DNA of 64,000 nucleotides, taken from assembly GCA_039815185.1 (NCBI GenBank), contig JBCBZT010000017.1:72348-136347 (forward strand). The letters are read 5' to 3'. Both the position numbers and the translations under genes were made by a program. Below, piece by piece: positions 18,313 through 29,721 of the stretch. The notes beneath the pieces were generated by a model. The model did not search any database. It was not told where the DNA came from and worked only from the letters and a program-made list of their open reading frames with translations. The stretch is from Cyanobacteria bacterium P01_A01_bin.123. GTDB lineage: Bacteria; Cyanobacteriota; Cyanobacteriia; Phormidesmidales; Phormidesmidaceae. Position 1 is the stretch's first letter. Every line of letters starts with the position of its first letter.

Positions 18313-21300
18313 TTAGGCAGCGGTATTGACCAACTGCTCTAACGTTTTCAAGAGTACATGCTCGTTGTATGGCTTAGAGAAATAGGCGTTTGCGCCCAGG
18401 TTCATGGCGATCTGGCGGTGCTTTTGACCACTGCGAGACGTTAACATAATCACCGGAATCGGTTCAAATGTGGCGTCTGCTTTCGCTTTGCCCAGGAAGC
18501 CATAGCCATCGAGTCGGGGCATTTCAATATCGCAGATTACAGCCTGGGGCCGCAATCCCTCTTGGAGCTTATCGAGGGCGTCTTGCCCGTCTCGTGCCTG
18601 TTCAACCCGATAACCCGCTTTTTCTAGGGTTAGGGCTAAGAATCGCCGGACGTTAATAGAGTCGTCCACAATCAACAGGGTCGGTCGAGTGTGAGAGGCG
18701 ATCGCGGGCAGTAGCCCCGATTGGCGACGATCGGAGTCAGGTAATTCGTAAGCTGATTTGACTGCGAGTTTAGGTTCTGCCATATTGGAGCGCTGATTGC
18801 TGGTAATCCAGCGCAGCAGTTCTGGAATACTGACCAAGGGCACAACCCGGCCATCCCCCAAAATCGTACAGTTGCTAAAGCCAGCAGGTAAGGGTAAATC
18901 TCCCTCAACCCGGCGGATAGCCACCTCCTGCTCACCCCAACAGCGATCGACTTGCAAGCCAACGCACTGCCCGCCATTGTTAACGACTAAAACCGTAAAG
19001 GTATCGATCGCTGGCGGCGTCTCTAACTTGTAATTCGGGCGGGGGCCATTGAAGGCTAACCAATCGGAGAGGCGGACTAGGGGAATCAAGCGATCGCCCC
19101 ACTTAAAGCCTTCATGCTGGGCCGTTGACATGACCGCTTCTGGTGGTAGCAAGAGAATTTCTTCCATCACGTCGGTTGGAATGGCCAAAGCCATATTCCG
19201 ACTTTCAGCCAAGAGGATGCGGGCGACCGATAGCGTAAAGGGAACCGATAACGTAAATGTGGTGCCCTGACCCGGTTCAGTATCTACGGTGATCTCGCCA
19301 CGCATCTGCTTGAGATTGTTGCGCACCACATCCATACCGACGCCTCGGCCAGACAGATCGGTCACTTCAGTCGAGGTCGAAAAGCCCGGTTCAAAAATGA
19401 GTGACAGCAATTCTTGATGGCTAGCCGCAGCTAAAAGTTCGGCGTCTAGCCCCATTTGCTCAGCTCGGCGTCGAACTTTGTCAAGGGGAATGCCGCGACC
19501 ATCATCTTTAACCGTAATCAGAGTGCGGTTCTGGCGATGGGTGGCGCGAATCTCAATTAAGCCCTGGCGAGATTTGCCGCTCGTCATTCGCGTATTGGGA
19601 TCTTCAAGTCCATGGTCGAACGCATTACGCAACAGATGCATCAATGGATCGGCCAGGTTCTCTAGAATATTGCGATCGACTAGGGTATTGCCGCCCACCA
19701 CTTTGAGCTCAACCTCTTTGTTGTGCTCTAAACAAAGATCCCGCAGCGCTCGTGGGAAGCGCTCTAGGATATCAGATAGGGGTCGCATCCGGACTTGGGT
19801 GAGTCCGGTTTGCAACTGCTTGCCTGTTTTGTTGAATTTGCGCCCGGTTTGCTCGGTTTCTTCGAGTTCGAGTTCAACGTCGCTGGTGACCTCCTGAATC
19901 TGGACGATAGTTTCCATCATCTCCTGGGAAAGGAGATGCAGGTCACCATAGCGGTCCATTTCTAGGGTGTCGAAGGTATTACCATGCCCATTGGGTTGCT
20001 GAGTGGCCGCATCCGTCAAAGGCTGAGGTTGGGCGTCAGCGGCGGGTAGTAAGCGCTTAGGCTCAACCAGGCGCTGGCCAACGGCAACCTGGTCGTAGGC
20101 AGAACGCAACTGGCTATTGGCTTGATCTAAGGTTTGAACCCGTTGTTTGAGCTTGTCGATTAGACCCCGGAGCCGACTGACATTGAGCGTCAGGCTGTTG
20201 CGCTCAATGGTGAGTTCACCCATCAAATCGTTGAGCGCGTTGAGCCGCTTAACCGATACCCGCACGTTAGTATCTTGCTCTTCTTCCTCGGGTGGGGAAC
20301 TGTCCGGCTTGACTTCTAAGGGCCTACCGCTTTGAGCCGGGGGTGTCGCGACCTCATCATCTATGGAGAAGCTGGCATCGCTGATGACTTCAGCGGCAAC
20401 TGAGAAATCAGGCAACTCAGTGGCTTGCGAAGATAACTGAAAGTCAAAGTCAGCGGCATCTGCGGCAGTGACTGGGGGCTCAATTGGCGCTGTGGTAGGC
20501 CAAGTCTCTATATTGTCAGCCGTGACGTCTGTGACTGCAATGTCTGCCAGTGGAACCTCTGCTGCTGACAGCTCTGGGGAAGCATCGAAATCGGCGATTG
20601 ATACCGGTAACAGACCCATTTGCCCGGTGAGCACCAGCGCCTGAGACTGCCGCCAAGCCGCCACTGCCTGCTGAGCAATGATGCCGTAGTGTTCAGGTGT
20701 TGCTTCCAGCTGGGCTGTGACCGACTGACACAGGGCAGTAAAGGCAGATATTTGCAGCATCTCCCCTAGTCCCTGTAGCTCCTGCGCCAGGATCAGCACT
20801 TCTTCATTCAGACAGGGCTGTTGCGGGTCGGCTAAGATCGCCTCTAGCCGCTGTAAGCAGCCTTCGACCTCAGTCTCAAACAGCATCGGGATAATGTCTT
20901 GCCCCTCTTCCGGTGATAGCATCGAGGCGGCATCCTCTTCTTGGGGATCGCCCAAGCGTTGGTGCAGCTGCTCAAAAATCGGCTCAACTTGATTTTCCAA
21001 CCACGCCTGCTCTACGGGGAGTTGCTGTCGATTCAAGCCAATCACTTGATTTAAACAGTCAACCCCAGATAGCAACAATTGCTCTAGCTCTGGGTCTATC
21101 TCTAGCTGCTGCTTCTGAATCTTCAGCACTTTGAAGGAATCTTCTAGCCTGTGTGCTAGTCGATTCAGGACTGAATACCCCATCATGCCAGCACCGCCTT
21201 TAATGGAATGGGCCGCCCGCAGGGCACCATTAATTTTTTCGGTGTCGACTTGGCTATGGGCCACGCCCAGCAGAGCCGCCTCTAAGGTGCCAAGATACTC

Positions 21301-21354
21301 TTGAGCTTCGTCGAGAAACTGCAGCCTAATTTCCAGTTCCCTAGCGTCCGACAT
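18313..21354 (-). CDS. cheA: Hybrid CheA-like histidine kinase (HPt, HATPase, CheW, REC), operon 1
   Basis: AAHSIKG, HLLRNAFDHG, DDGRG, GFST..SGRGVGMDVV and C-terminal VDDS..CDIEMP. Start probably 21354. Confidence 0.95.
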   Translation of the reverse strand: MSDARELEIRLQFLDEAQEYLGTLEAALLGVAHSQVDTEKINGALRAAHSIKGGAGMMGYSVLNRLAHRLEDSFKVLKIQKQQLEIDPELEQLLLSGVDCLNQVIGLNRQQLPVEQAWLENQVEPIFEQLHQRLGDPQEEDAASMLSPEEGQDIIPMLFETEVEGCLQRLEAILADPQQPCLNEEVLILAQELQGLGEMLQISAFTALCQSVTAQLEATPEHYGIIAQQAVAAWRQSQALVLTGQMGLLPVSIADFDASPELSAAEVPLADIAVTDVTADNIETWPTTAPIEPPVTAADAADFDFQLSSQATELPDFSVAAEVISDASFSIDDEVATPPAQSGRPLEVKPDSSPPEEEEQDTNVRVSVKRLNALNDLMGELTIERNSLTLNVSRLRGLIDKLKQRVQTLDQANSQLRSAYDQVAVGQRLVEPKRLLPAADAQPQPLTDAATQQPNGHGNTFDTLEMDRYGDLHLLSQEMMETIVQIQEVTSDVELELEETEQTGRKFNKTGKQLQTGLTQVRMRPLSDILERFPRALRDLCLEHNKEVELKVVGGNTLVDRNILENLADPLMHLLRNAFDHGLEDPNTRMTSGKSRQGLIEIRATHRQNRTLITVKDDGRGIPLDKVRRRAEQMGLDAELLAAASHQELLSLIFEPGFSTSTEVTDLSGRGVGMDVVRNNLKQMRGEITVDTEPGQGTTFTLSVPFTLSVARILLAESRNMALAIPTDVMEEILLLPPEAVMSTAQHEGFKWGDRLIPLVRLSDWLAFNGPRPNYKLETPPAIDTFTVLVVNNGGQCVGLQVDRCWGEQEVAIRRVEGDLPLPAGFSNCTILGDGRVVPLVSIPELLRWITSNQRSNMAEPKLAVKSAYELPDSDRRQSGLLPAIASHTRPTLLIVDDSINVRRFLALTLEKAGYRVEQARDGQDALDKLQEGLRPQAVICDIEMPRLDGYGFLGKAKADATFEPIPVIMLTSRSGQKHRQIAMNLGANAYFSKPYNEHVLLKTLEQLVNTAA

Positions 21355-21358
21355 TGTC

Positions 21359-24300
21359 TTACCCCTCAGCGTCAACTTTGAATGTGCCAACCGATGATTG
21401 AAGCTCTTGAGCCACAGCTACAGTAGAGTGCAGGGCATCAGAGACATGCCGTGATGAGTCAGAAGTCTGCTTGGAGGCTTCTGCAACCGTATGCATCAAT
21501 TTGGAAACGGATGTAGACGTTTCTACCTGAGATACCGTTGCCGTTGAAATGGATTGCACCAATTGATCAATTTGGCGAGAAACGTCCAGAATTTGACCCA
21601 GGCTGGCTTTAGTCTCTTCTACTGAGCGTGTTCCCTCGACCACTTGCGTCGTGCTCTGCTCCATGGCTTCGACTACCTCGGCGGTCTCTCGCTGAATGGC
21701 TTCGACGATTTTCTCAATTTCTTGAGTCGCGTTGGAAGAGCGGTTTGCCAGTTCGCCTACTTCTTCCGCGACTACGGCAAAGCCCTGACCTTCTTCCCCA
21801 GCGCGGGCTGCTTCAATTCCCGCGTTGATGGCCAGCAAGTTAGTTTGTACTGCGATTTGGTTAATCAGCGAGACAACCCTAGAGATTTGCTGAGAGGATT
21901 CGCCCAGACGTTTCACCTGCTTAGCAGTCGTCCCTACCGTCTCTCTTAGCGTTAGGATATTTTGTTCTGTCCGATTCATCGCCATACTGCCAGTTTCGGC
22001 TGTCAAGGCAGCAGTGCGCGTCACTTGGGCTGCTTGACGGGCGCTTTCAGCGACTGACTCGATTGATTGGGTCATGGTTTCAACCGAGCTGAGCGCATCA
22101 GTGATGTTTTCAGCCTGGCTTAGGGCTTTGTCAGCCAGTTGACGAATCGCCGCCTCGTTGTCACCGACGGATAGGTTTACCTGTCGAGCGGAATCTTTTA
22201 CCTGAGTTACGATTTGCCGCAAACTCTCGATAATAGAGTTAAAGAAGTCAGCTACGGTGCCGATGTCGCCTGCGGTAACGTCGGCACGAACCGTCAAATC
22301 ACCGCTGGATGCGCCTTCTATTTCACTGAGCAGATTGACAAGCTGCATCTGCAGAGCTTCTTTTTGCTGCTGTTGTTCGGATGCGATCGATTGCGCTTGG
22401 TCAGCCGCGGCTGCTCGCTGAATCAATAGATCACTGCGATCAAGGGCTGAGCTAACCTGGGTTGTTACCTGGGTAAAATACTCAATTTCTGAATCCTGCC
22501 AGTCGCGGGGGCCAGAACATTGGTGAGCAATCAACAACCCCATTAGCTGCTCGCCTCTATTGATTGGGGCGACCAGATTGGCTTTGACGGCAAAGGGCTC
22601 TAGCTGTCTGAGGTGGCACTCTGTTAGCCCTGCTTTGGAGATATCTGGGGTAGCTTGAACTCGCCCCTGTTGATACTTGTTGACGTAATCTTTTTCAAAA
22701 CAGGGATCATGGATTTCGGCGTTAAGGGCACGGGGCCACTCACTGTCTACTGATTCGTGGGTAACTGTCCCTTTCCAGGTTTCGTCGAAGCGATAAATGA
22801 TTACTCGATCTGCGTCGATGTTTTGTCGAATTTTGGCTAAGGGCAGCTGGGCCAAAATGGCTTCCGGTGTTTCCGCTTGGGTGGCTTCCAGGGTAATGTT
22901 CTTTAGGGATTGAGCGTATTCGGTTGCGACTTCCCGCTGGACTAACAGGTCGCTGCGGTCGAGAGCTAAGCCAATCTGGGTTGCAATTTGGGCAAAGAAG
23001 TTGATTTCCTGCTTTTGCCAGTCGCGGGGGCCAGAGCATTGGTGGGCAATCAACAGTCCTATTAACTGGTTGCCTTTCTTGATTGGGGTAACTAGGTTGG
23101 CTTTGACGGCAAAGGGTTCTAGCTGCCTGAGGTGACACTCTGTCAGGCCAGCATTGTAGATATCGGGGGTGGCCTGTACCCGTCCCCGTTGGTATTTGGC
23201 AACATAGTCTTTTTCAAAGCAGGGGTCGTAGATTTCAGCACCGAGGGCACGGGGCCACTGGCTGGCCACAGCCTCGTGGGTAATGGTGCCTTTCCAAGTT
23301 TCGTCAAAACTATAAACTAGGATCCGATCTGCCTTGATCGTGTTGCGTACTTTCTCTAGGGGTAGCAGGTTTAGAACCTTCTCTGGGGTTTCAGCTTGGG
23401 TAATCTCAAAGGTGAAATCTTTGAGAAACTCTGCCCGTTCTGCTTCTGACTCTCGCCCTTGCAGGAAGGTTAACTGATCCAGCATGTTGCCGAGCTGGGC
23501 TGCCAATTGCCGCATAAAGGCGACTTCTGAGTCTTGCCAAGCGTGGACTTGAGCGCAGTGATGAGCAATGAGCAACCCAAAGAGCTGGCCTTCTCTCAAA
23601 ATCGGCACCACTAGATTGGCCTTAATTTGCAGCCGCTCCATTAGCCTCAGGTGGTTGGGATGGAACCCGGCATTGAAGACATCGCTGGTGGGCACCACCC
23701 GATCTTTCTGATACGCCTTAATCAGGGCTGGGGGAATGCAGGGGTCTTCGATTTCGTCATTGAGGGCTTGAGGCCAGCCTGAGGCAACTGACTCATGGGA
23801 GATGTAGCCACTCCAGTCTGGGTTGAAGCGATAAATCACCATGCGATCGACCGCGAGTGCAGTGCGAGCATCCGTCAATGCCTTGTTGAAAACCAGGGCT
23901 AAGTCTTGTTGATTGCGAACCTGGGAACCGACAATTTCTGATAGCAGGCGGGCTTGATCGGCGGCATTGGTTTGGGCTTGCAAAAAGTCCTTGACTCGGA
24001 TGACTAGGGCGTTAAAGGTAATGGCTAAGGTTTGGGCTTCGCGGGCACCACTGGGCACGGCGGCAACATCTAGATTGCCGGCGGCCACTTCTTTGGCGGT
24101 GCTTGACAGATACCGCAGCGGGCTGGAGATTTGGTTGGCGAGGCGCAAAATAATCGCTACGGCTACGCCAGCAGCAGCAAGTATGGCCAAGACGAAAATC
24201 AGAACGAGTTGTCGACCAGCGGCCTCTAGTTCGCTGTTGTCAACGGAAGCGATCGCCATCAGGCTAGTCCCCTCAATCATAGAGAGGTAATACTTACGCC

Positions 24301-25408
24301 CATTATTGACAAACGAAACAACAACGCCTGCATCGCCTTCATCCGTGGCAAATTCGGTAGCTTCTAATTCAGTCACGGGTTGAGCCCGCAGCTCAGCTGT
24401 CAGACTGTTAATATCAACCTCGGCCCCATCTGACTCACCTGAGAATTTCTCGAATAGGCTAGCCGCAACATCGCTAATCAGCGTTCCTCCCGTAATCTCT
24501 AGGGTATTTGTTGTCCCCTCTGCCGTAATCGTTTGTAAGACTTTGGCCGTAGTAGCATCAATGAGCTGCACTTGCTGAGAGTTAACCAGCCCTGAAAATT
24601 CCAGCAGTTCTGGAATATCCTGAAACCGTCCAGAATCCACTGAAGCAACAGCTTTAACCACGCCTAGAAACTCACCCGTCTCTGGATCTTGAATGGCTTG
24701 GCTAATCTCTAGTCCGTAAGTATTTGCCGACTCATCGAAGATGGGTTCAGAGATTGCACGGGTGTTGCTTTGGGCCTGTCGCCACCAGTTTTCGTCACTT
24801 TGCACAAAGTCAGATGTAGGGTTGCTATAAGCAACATTGAGCCCACGGTTGTCGGTAAAAAATAACTCACTTAACTCAGCGGTTTCAGCGGTTCTCGCCA
24901 GATAATCATTGAGCGTTTGGCTAGGCTGTATCAGCTTTGTTTCTGCAAAGCGTTGCTCAACATCTTCGATTGGCAAGTCACTCAGCCCGATGAATTGCTG
25001 CCCTGCCGACCTAGCCGCGTCGATCACCAATGGACTCTCGGCCACGACCTCTGGAATGGTAGCCAACTGGTCGAGGTAGTCGCGGGTTAGCTCACCTGCT
25101 AGTAGCGCTTTGCTACGCATTTGATCTGAACCTTCTTCTTCGAAGCGCTCATGAATCACCCGTTCTCCAGCAAAGCCTGCAATTGCCAGGGGAATCAAAA
25201 CCGCTGGCAAAACCCCCCGCAACAGCAGAAACCGCAGGCTTTTAGCATTTCCAGGTGGACTGGAGGCTAACTGCCAAGATGTATCGGCAGGTGAGCTCTG
25301 ATCGGCAGCCCTGCCACCAATGGGCAATGCCTGCGCGCCCTGGCCGTTTGTCTCTGCATTGGAATTTTGGGAACTGATGGTATTGAGGGAGCTAGGGCGA
25401 TTAGTCAT
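21359..25408 (-). CDS. PixJ-like MCP: TM, Cache-like, TM, HAMP, 3 GAF (1 DXCIP, 2 DXCF), MA domain
   Basis: DPCIP..HPNH, DPCF..ECH twice, and signalling domain [30 protein letters not shown]. Confidence 0.9.
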   Translation of the reverse strand: MTNRPSSLNTISSQNSNAETNGQGAQALPIGGRAADQSSPADTSWQLASSPPGNAKSLRFLLLRGVLPAVLIPLAIAGFAGERVIHERFEEEGSDQMRSKALLAGELTRDYLDQLATIPEVVAESPLVIDAARSAGQQFIGLSDLPIEDVEQRFAETKLIQPSQTLNDYLARTAETAELSELFFTDNRGLNVAYSNPTSDFVQSDENWWRQAQSNTRAISEPIFDESANTYGLEISQAIQDPETGEFLGVVKAVASVDSGRFQDIPELLEFSGLVNSQQVQLIDATTAKVLQTITAEGTTNTLEITGGTLISDVAASLFEKFSGESDGAEVDINSLTAELRAQPVTELEATEFATDEGDAGVVVSFVNNGRKYYLSMIEGTSLMAIASVDNSELEAAGRQLVLIFVLAILAAAGVAVAIILRLANQISSPLRYLSSTAKEVAAGNLDVAAVPSGAREAQTLAITFNALVIRVKDFLQAQTNAADQARLLSEIVGSQVRNQQDLALVFNKALTDARTALAVDRMVIYRFNPDWSGYISHESVASGWPQALNDEIEDPCIPPALIKAYQKDRVVPTSDVFNAGFHPNHLRLMERLQIKANLVVPILREGQLFGLLIAHHCAQVHAWQDSEVAFMRQLAAQLGNMLDQLTFLQGRESEAERAEFLKDFTFEITQAETPEKVLNLLPLEKVRNTIKADRILVYSFDETWKGTITHEAVASQWPRALGAEIYDPCFEKDYVAKYQRGRVQATPDIYNAGLTECHLRQLEPFAVKANLVTPIKKGNQLIGLLIAHQCSGPRDWQKQEINFFAQIATQIGLALDRSDLLVQREVATEYAQSLKNITLEATQAETPEAILAQLPLAKIRQNIDADRVIIYRFDETWKGTVTHESVDSEWPRALNAEIHDPCFEKDYVNKYQQGRVQATPDISKAGLTECHLRQLEPFAVKANLVAPINRGEQLMGLLIAHQCSGPRDWQDSEIEYFTQVTTQVSSALDRSDLLIQRAAAADQAQSIASEQQQQKEALQMQLVNLLSEIEGASSGDLTVRADVTAGDIGTVADFFNSIIESLRQIVTQVKDSARQVNLSVGDNEAAIRQLADKALSQAENITDALSSVETMTQSIESVAESARQAAQVTRTAALTAETGSMAMNRTEQNILTLRETVGTTAKQVKRLGESSQQISRVVSLINQIAVQTNLLAINAGIEAARAGEEGQGFAVVAEEVGELANRSSNATQEIEKIVEAIQRETAEVVEAMEQSTTQVVEGTRSVEETKASLGQILDVSRQIDQLVQSISTATVSQVETSTSVSKLMHTVAEASKQTSDSSRHVSDALHSTVAVAQELQSSVGTFKVDAEG

Positions 25409-25634
25409 GTCGATAAAATCCTTGACATTAGGAAACTCAAAAAGGGGTGGGCAATGGTGGAGATGCAGGAGCTAATAATCAAAGCTAGACCGATGTCTGC
25501 CCGCCTCAAGGCTGATTTGAGCCTTAAAACCTCAGCTTGGCAAAACGCAGCTGTCTCCTACTTATGGGGCAGATTCTCAGCGCAGGCTGCGGCGCTAGAG
25601 CCTTAGAACCGATGTCATGTTTTAGACTTCAAAC

Positions 25635-26144
25635 CTATACCCAATCGTCGGGATTTTTGAGTAAGGGGGCTTGGCTGACGGCGGTGGCGTCGAGCACCAG
25701 CAAAATACCGTCCTCTTGCCAAATACATCCCTGTAGATAGGGTATTAATCCAGTCGTGGCCTGGCCTAGCGGTGATTGAATGTTGTCTCGGTTAAACCAA
25801 ACCATGCCGTTGATTTGCTGGACGGCTAGGCCAAGGCTGAGCTTACCCACGCGAATCACGACCAAATTATATTGTCGCGAGGTTGTATCTAGCCGATTAA
25901 GCTCCAGCAGACAAGCTAAATCGACGACCCAAATGATGCGGCTGCGGTGATTCATCAGCCCTAACATGCACTCAGGCATGTTGGGCATCGGGGTGAGCCG
26001 TTGCAGCGGGAGGGTCATCACCTCTTGAATCTGATGCATTGAAAAAACAGCAGGTGCTTTAGGCCCCAAGAGGAATTGCAGATGGGGCTCGCCCCCGGTT
26101 TTCTTGGGGCGTTTGGTTAGCGGAACAATCGCGGTGGTATTCAT
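25635..26144 (-). CDS. cheW: CheW-like adaptor, operon 1
   Basis: TPMPNMPECMLGLMNHRSRIIWVVDL and LGLAV motifs. Confidence 0.9.
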   Translation of the reverse strand: MNTTAIVPLTKRPKKTGGEPHLQFLLGPKAPAVFSMHQIQEVMTLPLQRLTPMPNMPECMLGLMNHRSRIIWVVDLACLLELNRLDTTSRQYNLVVIRVGKLSLGLAVQQINGMVWFNRDNIQSPLGQATTGLIPYLQGCIWQEDGILLVLDATAVSQAPLLKNPDDWV

Positions 26145-26148
26145 TCAA

Positions 26149-26526
26149 CTAGAGAGTAACTGACTTGACGGCCCGAAGAAGCTGATCTTGAGTAAAAGGT
26201 TTTGTGATGTAGGCATCGGCACCCTGTTTCATACCCCAAAGCCGATCGATTTCCTGATCTTTCGAAGAACAAATTACGACTGGAATGTTGGCTGTCTCAG
26301 AATTCTTTTTGAGGCTGCGACAGAGCTCGAAGCCGCTCATGCCGGGCATGACGACATCTGTAACGATGACAAAGGGCTTGAGCGTTACGGCTTTATCGAT
26401 TGCTTCTTTCGCAGACGCTGCACCGATAACGTTGTAGCCACTGTCACGTAAATAGTGGGACATTAACTCCATTTCAGAGGGCGTATCTTCGACGATCAAA
26501 ATAGGCTGGGTTAGGGTAATACTCAT
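26149..26526 (-). CDS. Single-domain response regulator (CheY/PixH-like), operon 1
   Basis: IVED, TDVVMPG..G and WGMKQGADAYITKPF motifs. Confidence 0.9.
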   Translation of the reverse strand: MSITLTQPILIVEDTPSEMELMSHYLRDSGYNVIGAASAKEAIDKAVTLKPFVIVTDVVMPGMSGFELCRSLKKNSETANIPVVICSSKDQEIDRLWGMKQGADAYITKPFTQDQLLRAVKSVTL

Positions 26527-26630
26527 CCTTGAAATTCCTAGAAGTGGGAGAAAGACGTTGCATACTTTGGTTTAAATAGCCGAGCAATATAAGCTCAAAA
26601 TTGAATGAAAGTATCTGGATTTAAACCACG

Positions 26631-26684
26631 TCCGATTTGAAAACTAGAGTTTTAGGCTAGGGGAAACTGCAGATCTGAATAAGG
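26631..26684 (+). repeat. Dispersed repeat family A, copy 4
   Basis: TCCGATTTGAAAACTAGAGTTTTAGGCTAGGGGAAACTGCAGATCTGAATAAGG. Confidence 0.8.
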
Positions 26685-26691
26685 CTAAGAC

Positions 26692-27744
26692 TTACTTCAA
26701 ATGCTTGAATATAATTTTGAGTAAGTCGGGCTGGCCGAAAGGTTTTGTGAGATACCCAGAAGCACCTACCAGCTTTGCTTTAGCTCGATCGATCAGCCCC
26801 GTGTTACCCGTTACCATGATGATGGGAGTGTGCTTAAACAAAGTATGTCGTCTCAAGAGTGAGCAAAGCTCATAGCCATCTAGGTTAGGCATTGTGACAT
26901 CTAACAAGATGATGTCAGGTTTATTGCGGATGATTTTCATCAGCGCACTGACTGGATTATCGATTCTCAAAACTTTGAATGCCGTATCGTCTAGAAACGC
27001 ATCAATTGCATTTAAGACAGTCGGGCTATCGTCAATGCAGGCTACGGTATAGGTCTTTTTCGCAGACGAAGTGGGCGATCGCAAGCCTTGCTCGGGAGAA
27101 GCTACTGGACTGGTGCTTGCAGATCGAGAAACAGAATTAGGCGCATTGGTTGGTCCTGGGGGAGATGTCCTGCGGAGCGGGACAAACGGTGCAGTGCTGT
27201 TAGCCCTAATAGAAGGGGACTGCTGCTTGAGTCGCTGCACTTGACAAGCCTCGACCAGAGGACGCAAATCTAGGCAACAAAATTGAGGCAACTGGGCCAG
27301 ATGACTGTCCGGGAGTAGGTCATAGTGGCCCAGTTGCAATGGCAATACGGTTTCTAAAACTTCTTTTGCTAGCGCCTCAATCAATTCAGCGGCTTGGGAA
27401 GGTGTGAGATATTTTTGCTCGACTAACCAGCAAATGGCTTCATAGTCCCAGCAGCGGTTTGTATCTGCGTCGACGGGCTTTTCAAAAAGCAGTCTGACCT
27501 GCACTCTTACTGGGCTTGCTAAGCTAGGGACTTGGGCATTAAGGCGACGAAGATGGCGATCGAGCCTGCCAAACGGGTTTAAAAAATTAGAGGCATAAAC
27601 GAGCTTACCCTTCTCTAGATAGAGCATCCAAACATTGGAGCCATCAGCAATTCGTAGACACCCGCTCGCTTGGCGACTGGCGGTCTGCGCCAAAATGCTG
27701 AGCAGGTGTAATTCTTGGGGAGAGCGATAAGAGTAGCTATTCAT
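26692..27744 (-). CDS. PatA-type response regulator (PATAN + REC), operon 1
   Basis: N-terminal SGCLRI..WMLYLEKGKLVYA and C-terminal VACIDDS..LDVTMP..DRAKAKLVGA..KPF. Start uncertain (27744 ATG or upstream to 27780). Confidence 0.85.
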   Translation of the reverse strand: MNSYSYRSPQELHLLSILAQTASRQASGCLRIADGSNVWMLYLEKGKLVYASNFLNPFGRLDRHLRRLNAQVPSLASPVRVQVRLLFEKPVDADTNRCWDYEAICWLVEQKYLTPSQAAELIEALAKEVLETVLPLQLGHYDLLPDSHLAQLPQFCCLDLRPLVEACQVQRLKQQSPSIRANSTAPFVPLRRTSPPGPTNAPNSVSRSASTSPVASPEQGLRSPTSSAKKTYTVACIDDSPTVLNAIDAFLDDTAFKVLRIDNPVSALMKIIRNKPDIILLDVTMPNLDGYELCSLLRRHTLFKHTPIIMVTGNTGLIDRAKAKLVGASGYLTKPFGQPDLLKIIFKHLK

Positions 27745-29461
27745 AGCAAGGAAACTTGTTCTTGTGCGCATTTCAGTCAATCTGTTTTAAAGACGTAGAA
27801 AGCGGTTGGTCAGGTCTCAAGCTGTCAATTTAACTAAAGCGACATGAAGTCAGTCACTCGGGCTTAATCTGCCGATTTAGCTAAGGCAGCCTGTTGATCT
27901 CACGGATGTCCGTAGAGTCCTTCGTCATTAGCTCAACGGATTAATTCAGTGATTCTTGAGATTATTTCTGGCCCTTAACTACTGGTATATCAACCCGTGT
28001 TAAAGGCGGCAGTATTCTAGGGGTAGTTGGAGATAAATAGGCTGACTTTGCAGGAGATTCAACTAGGCTTTCCGGTGACAATTTCAGGAGACTTATTCAG
28101 AAATCGAAACTTCAATAGTTGTAGAATCTGGTAGATTGAGCAGTCCTGTTTGTGAAAGCGCGTGACGATCTGCTTATGATTAACCACAAAAAGTTAACCT
28201 TTAATTCTTCTAGCTGGTGGGGGTAACCAGTTCAATTCCGTAAACTCGATACGGTCATTTAGAGCATACTCCTTTGATACTCGTACAATTCCGGATAAGC
28301 GTCAATTTAGAGCGTGGAAGTTTACTCTTTCTTGATTAATTCATACTTAATCTCACATTGGGCAACATCAATACTTATTATTCTGCTCAGATACGTTACT
28401 TGTAAGGACTGATAAAATAGATGAGTTCTGCGAGGTGCACAAGTAATTTATTCTGTCAATCAGAAAATTGACTAATTCGAGATATCTTAGTTAAAAAAAC
28501 ACAAAAAGTCTCTTTGTAATGCGCATCTTTAGAGCATCGATTGCTACTTAAGGAGCTGCTTATCCACGGGATAATGTTGTCGCATGCAACGTCAGACCTT
28601 TGAACTATAGCGCTGGCCAGATTGCTTAATTCACCTAGTATCGCTGGGATGCTCAACACACAAGCAATCTGGCTCGCTTTAGCGCACAAAGCTTTGTGGC
28701 TAAGGCTATAAGGGTAGATGTAGGTAGTATTTTTGACCTTCGAGTGATTGCTTAGGATGAAGCCATGAGTTTTGGAGTCAGGGCTGATGCTGGATTGTTC
28801 TTCATAGCGGTAAAAATATTTCCCGTCTTAGGGTTAAATCTTGCTTATTTAAAATATATTCTGGCCGATTATCCTCATTCAGTAAGAAAAATGAGAAATT
28901 ATAAAAACTAAGCGATTCTGCGTAATTTTATATTGACTGTGCTTAAAGTTACCCATAGAACTTGCCTGGTCGAACCCTGATGGGATAGGTTCATAAGACG
29001 AAAGCGTTCAAAACTTTGCCTTAACTTGGGATGGGGTAAATTCCTGGGTTTGAGGTCGGTGCATCTCTGGTCATTCTTCTAACTCAATATCCGAATACTC
29101 AGTCCTGCAGTTTTTGAAAAGGTTGCTTGTTGATGCAATGTTTGGGCTGTTGAATCGATTTGTAATTTCTATGCGACTGAAAAGATTTATCGCTTCAGCG
29201 TAAATGATAAGCGGATTCCGGTTCCTGGTCGTTGACTTTTATGTGGTTTCCGATGTAAGTCAATGGGCTCGCCAGTGCAGATCTCGCAGCTTGAGGTGTG
29301 GGTTTGATCTGGCGTGGTGTTTGGGCGGGTAGGCGATATCTACTTATTGAAAGTATGTCGAGTGGTGGGTGTGTAGGTGTTGCAGGGGTTAGTTCCCCTT
29401 GTAGCCCAGCTATTGCCCATGGAGGCTGCTGAGAAGTTTTGACGACATCGTTGAGTCTAAG

Positions 29462-29520
29462 CCGCATTTAATCTAGACCCGCATCTAATCTAGACCCGCA
29501 TCTAATCTAGACCCGCATTT
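29462..29520 (+). repeat. 17-bp tandem repeat x3.5
   Basis: CCGCAT(T/C)TAATCTAGAC at 29462, 29479 and 29496, plus a partial unit at 29513. No spacers. Confidence 0.95.
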
Positions 29521-29673
29521 AAGTTGATCCCTTGAGTAGGAGCGCCAGTCCTGACACCCCTGCAACGGAAACGATGGGTCTGGATGTGACCAAAGCTTAA
29601 TTTTTAATTTTTGCTCGAGTTGATCTCAGCGGTCGTGATGACGGCGGCTGAGATAGCTGACGACGATTTTCTT

Positions 29674-29721
29674 AGAACTGCGCTTCCTGATTGATTAAGA
29701 ACTGCGCTCCCTGATTGATTA
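29674..29721 (+). repeat. 24-bp tandem duplication abutting porin start codon
   Basis: AGAACTGCGCT(T/C)CCTGATTGATTA twice. The last A is the A of the ATG at 29721. Confidence 0.9.

Noticed and set aside
28456..29467. Short ORFs 28456-28689 and 29195-29467
   Set aside because: No motifs, and nothing distinguishes them from chance ORFs in non-coding DNA.
29462..29520. Possible mini CRISPR array
   Set aside because: The 17-bp units are contiguous with no spacers, and there are no cas genes in the window.
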